From Candidatus Methylomirabilota bacterium (GTDB lineage: Bacteria; Methylomirabilota; Methylomirabilia; Rokubacteriales; CSP1-6), in NCBI GenBank assembly GCA_046726415.1, contig JBKPAK010000197.1:1-21486 (forward strand): a stretch of 21,486 nucleotides of DNA. Direction: 5' to 3'. Shown one piece after another: positions 1-7,455 of the stretch. Every line of letters begins with the position of its first letter. The stretch's first letter is position 1. The notes beneath the pieces were generated by a model. The model did not search any database. It saw only the letters and a program-made list of their open reading frames with translations, and was not told the origin of the DNA. The position numbers and the translations under genes are program-made.

Positions 1-785
1 CCGCGTATGGCCACCCCGCCCCCGGCTCGAGCTCCTCCGAGCCGACCAGGATCCGCGCGTGATCCCGGAGCTGGTAGGCCACCTCCAGCATCGTCATCAG
101 GCAGGCGTCCATCCCCACGAGGTCGACCGGCCGGCCGAGCATATGGTGGGCGTGAGCCAGCACCTGCTTGAGCTCCCGGTTGTCAAGACAGTCTCCCGAG
201 CCGTCGTCGTAGGCGATGCCGCGCGGCGGGCGAACGCCGAGGAGCCGCTCCCGAGTGGTGCGAAAGAAGCCTCGCCGGTGGCGCCGGGCGGCGCGCCGGT
301 GCCGCCGGCCCCCGCCCGAGAGCATCTCCAGCGGGACGTAGAAACCCGAGCCGTGGTTAGACAGAACGAGCAACGTCGCCCCGCGCCGGGAACCGCCGCG
401 TCCCAAACGACAGGAAATCCTCGAGCAGGGCCGGATCGCCCGTGTTGGCGGCGCCGAGATCCGCCAGGAGCGTCGAGCCGATTTTCGCGGCCGTCGCGCT
501 GCGCGTCACGTAGTAGCGACGCGCGCCGCGCCAGTCACCGGCGGTGGCGTCCCCGCCCGTTGCGCGATCGAGCTGGGCGAGGATCTCGACGGCGCCCGGG
601 CGCGAGCCCACGCGCTCCATTTCCTTGAGGTCGTCGAGCAGGACCCCCTCGAGGTCGTTGTCACCGGCCAGGTAGGCCAGGACCGTCCACTGCGCCAGCG
701 TCGCCGCCGCTCGTCCCTGGGCCGTCGGGCTCTCCTCGAGGGTCGCGACCTTGCCACCGTTCTTGTGATCGTGCAGGAACATCAT
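1..785 (-). pseudogene. Clostripain-family (peptidase C11) cysteine protease, +1 frameshift near 379-382, runs off the left edge
   Basis: ORF 357-785 has the C11 N-terminal motifs WTVLAYLAGDNDL and NTGDP. Removing one base from the C4 run at 379-382 continues the frame into LLVLSNHGSG (catalytic His, 350-358), GIAYDD, DLVGMDACLM (catalytic Cys, 95-109) and GSEELEPGAGWPY. GGAGG lies upstream of the ATG. The break could be a sequencing error. Confidence 0.9.
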
Positions 786-962
786 GACCGCCCTCCGGGT
801 TGGCTGTGCACCGCGCCGATGCGCCTCTCAAGCCGGACTGTCATGGAGCAGCCGGAACGCTCTTGGCGCTCGCTGGTCGCGCGATGAGGTCGAAGCCGCG
901 CTGCCCGCCTGTTGGCCGCCAGGCCTCGTCGCGTTCGAGTCCTCGCGTCGCCGGAGATCCGC

Positions 963-2181
963 TCACGTCCTGACCAGGGGATCCAGGGGCACCGGGCGTG
1001 CGCCGGTGGGGCCCCTGACGATGAGGCCCGCCGCCATCCCCGCGAGCACGCCGATCTCGCGGTGGAAGATGTCGCGATGGGCGCCCAGCAACCGCTCGCT
1101 CGCCTTGACCACGCCCGAGCCGTCGACGTTCACGATCGGGTACTGAGGGATCCCTGTACGCTGCACGTCAAGGAGATCGAGTTCAGGAGCCCCGACACCG
1201 CGCGCACCCACGGCGCCCAGTGCGCTTGCCGCGATAGTGGCCGCTCGACCGAGGCGCCCAACCGGCCTCCCCGGATCGCGCGCGTTGCCCAGGTCGACGG
1301 CGCCGCTTCCCGTGACGGTCCGGTAGAACGCGCCGAGCGCCGCGTCGTGGTCGGAGCGGAGCACCACGATCGGCCCGTCGACCCGCCGCTCGGCGAGGAC
1401 GGGGGAATAGAAACCGGGGCGGCGAAACCCCGTGATCGACGGGGCGAACGCGAAAGCGGAGAATGCGGCGAGCAGCAAAGTGAGGCTCGCCGGCCGCACG
1501 CCACCGAGTGCCATCGACGTGACGAGCGTCGCGCCGAACGAGTGGCCGATCAGGTGGAGCCGGGGCGGCCGAGAGAGCGCGCGCCAGAGGGGAGCCACCC
1601 ACTCCCTTGCGAACCGCTCGCCCACCTCGCCGGCCCGGCGCTTCATCACCCAGAAGCTCAGCGCGTGGAGGGGGCGAGACCGATGGCACTCTGCACTCGC
1701 GGTCGGATCGCGTTAGTTGCCGTGCGAGTGCGTCCAGCTCCGTCTCCTCCTCGGGGCTCCTCGGGATCTCCGCCCCACAGAGGTCCCGGAGCAGCGCAAA
1801 GTCAGAACGGCTTGCGCGTCGGGGTGACCGTGCTGCGAAGCGGTGTTCGAGCTCGGGCCAGAGCCCGCTCGCCCACGCGCCTCTCGTCAGCGGGACGGCG
1901 GCGAATGGCTTCGATGGCCAGTGAAGGCCCAAACGCAGCGGGACGATTCGCTCGCCCAATGGGGCAAGCACTCCATCCAGGAGCGCGAAGAAGCGTGCCG
2001 ACTCCTGATGCGCCTCGGTCTCGTCGTTCAGCCAGCCGTGGCAAAAGAGGAAACAGTCGGTCGCAGACCCCGCGGCCTTCGCCACCCGCTCGAGCTGGAC
2101 CCTGTCCGCGAGGCGCCCATCTTTCGTGAGAGTCACCGGGAGGATCTCCCGGCTGCGGCGGGGAGGAGCCGGCGCCGCCAT
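963..2181 (-). pseudogene. Alpha/beta-hydrolase-fold serine hydrolase, +1 frameshift near 1670-1674
   Basis: The N-half (ORF 1183-2268, likely ATG 2181) has FLFCHGWLND and LHWPSKPF. The C-half (ORF 963-1649) has HLIGHSFG (GxSxG nucleophile elbow), SDHDAAL and GAHRDI (candidate Asp/His of the triad). Deleting one base in the G5 run at 1670-1674 joins them as ...VSPLHALSFWVMKRRAG. Confidence 0.8.
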
Positions 2182-2278
2182 CGCGCGGCCTCGATCCCGC
2201 ACTGCAGGCGAGGCGCCAGCCCCTGGCCCGGGGCTGACCTGGACTGCGAGTTCCGCGGGATGGCCCATCGGCGTGGTG

Positions 2279-2563
2279 TTACACGCCGCTCCACGCCCGC
2301 CGGAGTTCCGCCAGCTCGCAGGCGGTGAGCGCTCCCTTCAGCATCCGGGCCTCGGCGAGCAGTTGCCGCGCACGGTGCTTCGTGGGCGCCAGGCGACCCT
2401 GGGCCCCCTCGTAGTCCGCGTTGAGTTTTGCCGCGCGCGCCCTAAGCGCGATGATCCTCCGCACCTTGCCCGATCGGCACTCCCTCATCGCCACCTCGCT
2501 GGCACCGGCTCCGGACTCCGCCGGCTGCTGTACGCCGTGCACTGCGCTCGCCCCCGCCCTCAC
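2279..2563 (-). CDS. Small basic, helical hypothetical protein
   Basis: The GTG start overlaps the upstream TGA (GTGA coupling). An alternative ATG at 2488 with upstream GAGGT gives 69 aa. Ala/Arg/Leu-rich amphipathic sequence. Confidence 0.55.
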   Translation of the reverse strand: MRAGASAVHGVQQPAESGAGASEVAMRECRSGKVRRIIALRARAAKLNADYEGAQGRLAPTKHRARQLLAEARMLKGALTACELAELRRAWSGV

Positions 2564-2928
2564 AGCCGCAAGCTATCCATCACGCCCGTGTCGTGCGTCA
2601 GAATCCCCTCGCGGATCAGAAGGCCGGCGGCGTCCACGCGCTTCGAGACCTCAGCGAGCGCCCGGTCCTGCTTCTCCCGGAGCCACGCCGGTAGATGGAG
2701 CCCGCGGTCGCCGACTTCCGCGATCGCCCGGCCGACCCAGTGGCGCCACTCCGCCCAGTGGTGGTCGCTGAGCGCAGCCGTCACCAGCACGCGACTCACC
2801 AGATTCGGGATCCCCGCCGTCCGCCGGCCCGTGTCGATCGCGAGCGCCGGTGAGATGCGCACGATCTCCACCTTGCGGTCGCGGACCTCGGAAAGAAACG
2901 CGTCCAGAGACTCGAAGAGGAGCTTCAT
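2560..2928 (-). CDS. Hypothetical protein (122 aa), intact paralog of the decayed gene at 3342-3700
   Basis: Globular-looking composition (MKLLFESLDAFLSEV...), AAAGGA upstream of the ATG, and by-eye alignment to the reconstructed paralog. Confidence 0.75.
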   Translation of the reverse strand: MKLLFESLDAFLSEVRDRKVEIVRISPALAIDTGRRTAGIPNLVSRVLVTAALSDHHWAEWRHWVGRAIAEVGDRGLHLPAWLREKQDRALAEVSKRVDAAGLLIREGILTHDTGVMDSLRL

Positions 2929-2971
2929 CGCGTGTGCATCCTTTCCGCGTGGTCACTCGCCTGGCGGCGGC

Positions 2972-3244
2972 TCACAAGCGCCGCCCCTCACGCTCCAGCG
3001 CCCGGGCCAGGTTCTCCATCGTGACGGCCAGCCGCTCGGACGCCGTGGCGTTCCGCTCGATCACGTCGAGCAGACGCTCCTCGCGCTTCGCCTGCCGCTC
3101 GCGCTCGGCCTGGTGGTTCTGGCGCTCCCGGAGAAAGTCCAGGCGGTAGTAGATGAAGATCACGCACGCCAGCAGCCCGCCCACGCCGAGCGGTGAGAGC
3201 AGCCGGATAAGGTCGAGGTCGGGCACTAGCGCACTCCACTCCAC
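2972..3244 (-). CDS. Small single-TM protein with coiled-coil tail, BhlA/UviB holin-like architecture
   Basis: About 90 aa from GTG 3244. Hydrophobic segment LLSPLGVGGLLACVIFIYY, then a charged helix ...AKREERLLDVIERNATASERLAVTMENL. Family resemblance is judged by eye only. Confidence 0.6.
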   Translation of the reverse strand: MEWSALVPDLDLIRLLSPLGVGGLLACVIFIYYRLDFLRERQNHQAERERQAKREERLLDVIERNATASERLAVTMENLARALEREGRRL

Positions 3245-3341
3245 GGCGACCTGGAGGACGGCGCGGCTGGCATCACCGCGGTTGCCGCGACGCGGCCGCG
3301 CCCCATGCCGTACAGACAGCTCAGGCCGAGCGCAACCGCAA

Positions 3342-3700
3342 TCACTCGATCTCCCCGTCCAGCGCCTCGGCGTCGGGCACGACAATCCCATCGCGGACCT
3401 CGAAGCCGGCCTGCACCACGCGAGCCCGCACGTCTCGAGTGCGTTCCTTCAACAGCTCCTCGATGCGGACCGGTGCCGCGGCACCGTGCTCGGTCATCTC
3501 GGCGCAGCCGCGGCCGACCAGGAGCCTGCCACTCGGTCCAGAGGCCCAACCCGAGCGCGGACTTAGACAACCACTGCCGCCGTGTAGCGAGGCATCCCGT
3601 TCGAGACAGCCTCACGCTGCAAGAGCGCGGCGACGCGCACCGCGTCCACCCTCCCCTCCTTCGCCTCGACACACTCGTCGGCTATCGACAGACCAGACGC
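3342..3700 (-). pseudogene. Frameshifted paralog of the 2560-2928 gene (not in the ORF track as one ORF)
   Basis: Spliced across three frames (+1 shifts near 3565 and 3528) it reads EAKEGRVDAVRV..GMPRYTAAVVV/KSALGLGLWTEW/RLLVGRGCAEM..VRARVVQAGFEVRDGIVVPD. This matches EVRDRKVEIVRI..GIPNLVSRVLVTAALSDHHWAEWRHWVGRAIAEV..VSKRVDAAGLLIREGILTHD. Stop TGA at 3342-3344; no clear start. Confidence 0.75.
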
Positions 3701-3834
3701 CGAAGGCGTTCTCACACCACGCCGCCGGGCCGCCGAAAGACGGCGGGCCACCAGATCCGTGCCTTTGTCCGGCGAGCGCCGTGATCAATCTCAACTGGCG
3801 GGCGCGCGCATCCACCAACCCTGGGACCGTCCCC

Positions 3835-4152
3835 GTGCCTACGCTAGATACTCTCTCGCGCGACCTCTCGCAGGCGGCGTCGCTCAGTACCAACGTGCGG
3901 GCCGGTTTGATCGCTCAGGCAGCAGCCGTGGTCGCGGCGCTCGGCGCCGGCTTGGCAGACCAAGGCGGAGACAGCCCACCCGATCGGCTCATCACCGTAA
4001 AAGAGGCATCTAGCCGACTGGGACTTACCGAGGACTACCTCTACAGGCACGCCAGGGATTTTCCGTTCTTCGTCCAGCCGAATGGGGCCAGAGCTGTGCG
4101 CTTCAGCGAGCGGGGCATCGAAAGGTATCTCCGCCAGCAGCAGCAGCAGTAA
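3835..4152 (+). CDS. Excisionase / HTH_17 (AlpA/Xis-like) DNA-binding protein
   Basis: C-terminal RLITVKEASSRLGLTEDYLYRH..PF..RAVRFSERGIERYL is a typical winged-helix excisionase pattern, and the gene lies directly upstream of the integrase. Start is uncertain (GTG 3835 or 3781). The ORF-track extension to 3439 overlaps the minus-strand pseudogene. Confidence 0.8.
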   Translation: MPTLDTLSRDLSQAASLSTNVRAGLIAQAAAVVAALGAGLADQGGDSPPDRLITVKEASSRLGLTEDYLYRHARDFPFFVQPNGARAVRFSERGIERYLRQQQQQ

Positions 4153-4431
4153 CAACAAGGATACAGTTGATCGCTGTTACTTCCTTGGGACATCCTCACC
4201 ATCACGGCCCTGCTTCTGAAACGGTGGCGCGAGTAGGAGAAGTGTTCCCAACGAGGGGAACGGTCGAGAGTGTGAGCTTCGTAGCCATCTCGGCGTAGGA
4301 AGAGCAGGCTCCCGGCTCCACGGACTGATTCGCGGGGGCGCTGGGCACCAACTATCCACGCCTTGGTCCTCAGTGAGCAGCGCCAAAGCTCAAGGAGGTG
4401 CCGATGAGTAACAGGAGAGGGTCAAGGGTGA

Positions 4432-5607
4432 TTGCGGCGCCGTCGGAAGCGCGGCACCGGCACAATCTACCGGCGGCCCGGCACGGCGTATTGGTGGATG
4501 GCGGTCCCGTATCGCGGTCGGATGCTGCGCGAGTCCACCGGCGAAACCGACAAGAAGAAGGCTCAGAACAAGCTCAAGGCCAAGCTGGATGAAGTGGCTG
4601 CAGCACGCGGCGGGTATACGACCCTGGTCGGACCCGAGCAGCGTCAGATGACAGTCAAGGCGCTGCTGGATGCCCTGGTCCAAGACTACGAGTTGCGTGG
4701 CGTGCGGTCGCTCAAGTCAGTGCGGTCGTACATCAAGAAGGTGGAGCCGACCTTCGGCGGCTGGAAGGCCGTGGAGGTGACGTCGGAGGCTGTGGACCGA
4801 TACATCGGAGAGCGGATCAAGGCCGGCGACGCGCCCGCGACGGTCAACCGCCGAACGCAGCTTCTCGGCCAGGCTCTCCGGCCCTTCCTGACAAAGCACC
4901 GGCTGCCGGTTCCTGAGATCCGCACGCTCCCCGAGGAGAACACCCGGGAAGGCTTCTTCACCCGCACGGAGGTCGACGCGCTGGTGGCGGCCCTGCCCGA
5001 GAATCTACGTGACTTCGCGCGCTGGGCGTTCGTCACCGGCTGGCGCAAAGGCGAGATTGCCTCACTCCGATGGGCAGCCGTTGACTGGGACGGCAGGTCG
5101 CTGCGGCTATCGTGGCGGAAGTCGAAGAACAAGCAGGCCCGCACGATGGCGCTGCTGGGCGAGCTTGAGGAGATCATCGCCCGGAGACGGGTGGCCAGGA
5201 CGGTGACGACGAAGCAGGGGGCTACACTGCTCTCCCCGCTCGTCTTCCATCGAGGCGAAGGTCCGGGCAAGCATCGCGGCCAGGTCGCTCCCGTCGGGGA
5301 CTTCGACAAGGTGTGGGTCATCGCGTGCGAGGCGGTGGGTCTGCCCGCCGGTACGAAGACCCCGGACGGCCGGATCTTCCATGATTTTCGACGGAGCAGT
5401 GCACGCAACCTGCGCCGCGCTGGCGTCCCCGAGAACGTGTGCATGGCGGTCACCGGCCATACGACCAGGAGCATCTTCGACCGCTACAGCATCGTCGACG
5501 ACACGGACATCGCCGAGGCGCTGACCAGGGTGCAGGCTCACGTCAACGCCCAGCGGGACAAGAAGAACGTGGTGCCGCTCAAGAAGACCGGCGAGGGTAC
5601 CCAGTAG
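4432..5607 (+). CDS. Tyrosine recombinase / phage-type integrase
   Basis: Catalytic set is present: R (VTGWRKGE), K (KSKNK), HxxR (HDFRR), H (TGHT), Y (DRYS). N-terminal arm-binding-like region RGTGTIYRR..YWWM..RESTG. The start is uncertain (see findings). Confidence 0.95.
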   Translation: MRRRRKRGTGTIYRRPGTAYWWMAVPYRGRMLRESTGETDKKKAQNKLKAKLDEVAAARGGYTTLVGPEQRQMTVKALLDALVQDYELRGVRSLKSVRSYIKKVEPTFGGWKAVEVTSEAVDRYIGERIKAGDAPATVNRRTQLLGQALRPFLTKHRLPVPEIRTLPEENTREGFFTRTEVDALVAALPENLRDFARWAFVTGWRKGEIASLRWAAVDWDGRSLRLSWRKSKNKQARTMALLGELEEIIARRRVARTVTTKQGATLLSPLVFHRGEGPGKHRGQVAPVGDFDKVWVIACEAVGLPAGTKTPDGRIFHDFRRSSARNLRRAGVPENVCMAVTGHTTRSIFDRYSIVDDTDIAEALTRVQAHVNAQRDKKNVVPLKKTGEGTQ

Positions 5608-5616
5608 GAGCCATGG

Positions 5617-5701
5617 GAAGTCGAATTACGACACACTTCATGCACAGACGCACCAAGGGTCCAGCGACGGATCATCGGTAACCCCTTGGTTTCCCGACTT
5701 C
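5617..5701. repeat. Nested inverted repeats between the integrase stop and the tRNA 3' end (att-associated or terminator-like)
   Basis: GAAGTCG 5617-5623 pairs with CGACTTC 5695-5701; ACCAAGGG 5652-5659 pairs with CCCTTGGT 5683-5690. Confidence 0.5.
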
Positions 5702-5706
5702 TTGGG

Positions 5707-5783
5707 TGGTGCGCCCGGGAGGAATTGAACCCCCGACCTTCAGGTTCGAAGCCTGACGCTCTGTCCAACTGAGCTACGGGCGC
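5707..5783 (-). tRNA. tRNA-Arg, anticodon TCG
   Basis: GCGCCCGTAGCTCAGTTGGACAGAGCGTCAGGCTTCGAACCTGAAGGTCGGGGGTTCAATTCCTCCCGGGCGCACCA. Acceptor stem GCGCCCG/CGGGCGC, anticodon arm TCAGG-CTTCGAA-CCTGA, T-arm GGTTCAATTCC, encoded CCA, 77 nt. Confidence 0.97.
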
Positions 5784-5808
5784 ACAAGGGATGGAGAAGC
5801 TTCAACCG

Positions 5809-5814
5809 ATTCTA
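5809..5814 (-). promoter_or_regulatory. Candidate -10 box (TAGAAT) for the tRNA gene
   Basis: TAGAAT lies 25 nt upstream of the tRNA 5' end; no convincing -35. Confidence 0.4.
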
Positions 5815-5825
5815 CAACCGCGGGG

Positions 5826-6941
5826 TCAGGAGCGTCCGGTGAGCGTCAGGCCGTGCTGCGCGTGACACGTGTCGCTGACCAGTTGCTGATAGGTCTGGAG
5901 AGACATGGCGCGGACCGCCCCCAGGTCGCGCCGTCGCACCTCAGCCAGCAGTCGCATCAGGAGCTTCACCCCGGCCGCCCGCTGCGCCCGCTGATTGGCG
6001 GTCAAGGTCATGATCCCGCGCGCGGTGGCGAACGCGACGCACTCCTCCGCGTGGCCAATGGTCTTCAGCTTTGCGGCGCGTTCCTCCCACTGGTTGAGGG
6101 GTGAGCGCGGCAGGGCGACGTAGAAGCGCCCGATGAGATCGGCCTCGACGCCCCCCATTCGCCAGATCATCACGGCGGTCTGTTCTTGCACGCGATCCCG
6201 CGCTTCCTTGGCGCCAAAACCGTAGTGGACGGCGGACAGGAGGCTGTAGAGCAGGTGCGTCCCACCGCACGTATAGTTGTGGATAGGCGCCTTCGCCGCG
6301 AGCGGCCGACCGGCTCGCATCGCGTCGGCAATCGGCGCCGAGGCGCTCTCCAGCGACTGGACCGCCCCGTTGACCCATGCATCGAGGTCGATCTGCTCAC
6401 CCCACGCGTTTGTCCATCGTCGCCGCACCGGCGGGGTGGTGCGACTGAGCGCAATCAGGCTCCAGGGGAGTTGGTTGGGATCCGCCATTTCGGTCGGCCT
6501 GAACAGCAGACGGGCTCCCTCAACGAGATCCGCGATCGTGTGGTGACGTCCCCCATGCTTGAAGCGATAGTCGAGCGGAATCCCGGCTTCGAGCATCGTC
6601 TTGAGGAAGCTGTTCGGGTGGATCTCGACCTCGAGGGGAAAGGCGAGGATGGCTCGCCCGTTCACCGTGACTTCGGTGGCCTTCTCGAGCAGGAAATCGA
6701 CCGCCCGCTGTCCTCCTTTGATTGCGAACGTGGAGCCCATGGCACGCAAGCCGTGAGCGACCGCCCAAGGATCATCGGGGAGGGTGGCGTAACTGGCGAT
6801 GATGGCGGGTGCATCAGATGCGTGGGCCGGGCCGGCGCCGCCCAGAACGGGGGTCGCCAGCGCACCGACGCCGCCGGCGAGAAACTGGCGCCGGGTCAGG
6901 GGCGGATGGCAGGTCAGCGGGAAGAACGGCTCTTCCGACAT
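5826..6941 (-). CDS. Tat-exported protein of unknown function
   Basis: Twin-arginine signal LTRRQFLAGGVGALA...AHA and GAGGAGG upstream of the ATG. Helical body with His/Cys motifs (EIHPNS, TCGGTH, IGHAEE, DTCHA). Confidence 0.85.
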   Translation of the reverse strand: MSEEPFFPLTCHPPLTRRQFLAGGVGALATPVLGGAGPAHASDAPAIIASYATLPDDPWAVAHGLRAMGSTFAIKGGQRAVDFLLEKATEVTVNGRAILAFPLEVEIHPNSFLKTMLEAGIPLDYRFKHGGRHHTIADLVEGARLLFRPTEMADPNQLPWSLIALSRTTPPVRRRWTNAWGEQIDLDAWVNGAVQSLESASAPIADAMRAGRPLAAKAPIHNYTCGGTHLLYSLLSAVHYGFGAKEARDRVQEQTAVMIWRMGGVEADLIGRFYVALPRSPLNQWEERAAKLKTIGHAEECVAFATARGIMTLTANQRAQRAAGVKLLMRLLAEVRRRDLGAVRAMSLQTYQQLVSDTCHAQHGLTLTGRS

Positions 6942-7173
6942 GTGCCTCCTCTGTGCTCGCAGGAGCGCCTCGGCCTCGTCAACCTGCCCCTCAGCCTACC
7001 AGAGTCTCGCGGCATCGCGGCCGCCCTCGGGGCCCCGACTCCTTGCTGCAGGCCCCGCGGCCGCTGCCGAAGAGGATGCGCCATGGCCGAACCAGAGCGA
7101 CCGGACGATCCTCACCGTCCGACACCCACACCGAGCCGCCCTCTCCGGTCCTGACCGCTCCCGCCGGCCGTCC

Positions 7174-7182
7174 TGGTACAAT
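7174..7182 (+). promoter_or_regulatory. Candidate extended -10 promoter (TG-G-TACAAT) for the radical SAM operon
   Basis: Matches TGnTAnnnT in the divergent intergenic region. Confidence 0.5.
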
Positions 7183-7455
7183 GGGCGGGCTCAAGCATGG
7201 TACGCGAGCCCATCACCCGGACCCTCGCTGGTGCCGCCCTCGCCGTCGCGAGGCGCTGGGCAACGCGCCCCTCCCACCCCACCCTCCGCCTGTATCCCGT
7301 CGTGTCTCTACCCGCTCTTCTTCCCGAGGGGTGCCTCGGCCCCCGGGCGCGGCGGGCCGGCGGGCGTGGCCGAGCCGATTCTCGACCGATCACGGCGTTA
7401 CCGCGACTCGCTGCCTCGCGTTCAACACCGACCACGAGACTCCAGGAGATCTCAG

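Larger units (their letters stand above)
3835..5706. mobile_element. Integration module of a tRNA-targeted genomic island/prophage-like element; cargo probably extends left
   Basis: xis + int pair with the integrase ending about 100 bp from the CCA end of a tRNA gene. No second copy of the tRNA 3' end was seen in the window. Confidence 0.8.

Noticed and set aside
592-600. GCGCCCGGG matches to the tRNA 3' end (also near 2998) as a second att site
   Set aside because: Only about 9 bp of GC-only sequence inside coding regions, which is expected by chance.
4135-4149. (CAG)5 at the end of the excisionase gene
   Set aside because: A short in-frame poly-Gln tail; length change would not shift the frame.
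5538-5768. 76-aa minus-strand ORF
   Set aside because: It is a translation through the tRNA gene and the integrase 3' end.
6799-7455. N-terminal extension of the radical SAM ORF
   Set aside because: Low-complexity, overlaps the Tat gene, and a good RBS with GTG exists at 7456.
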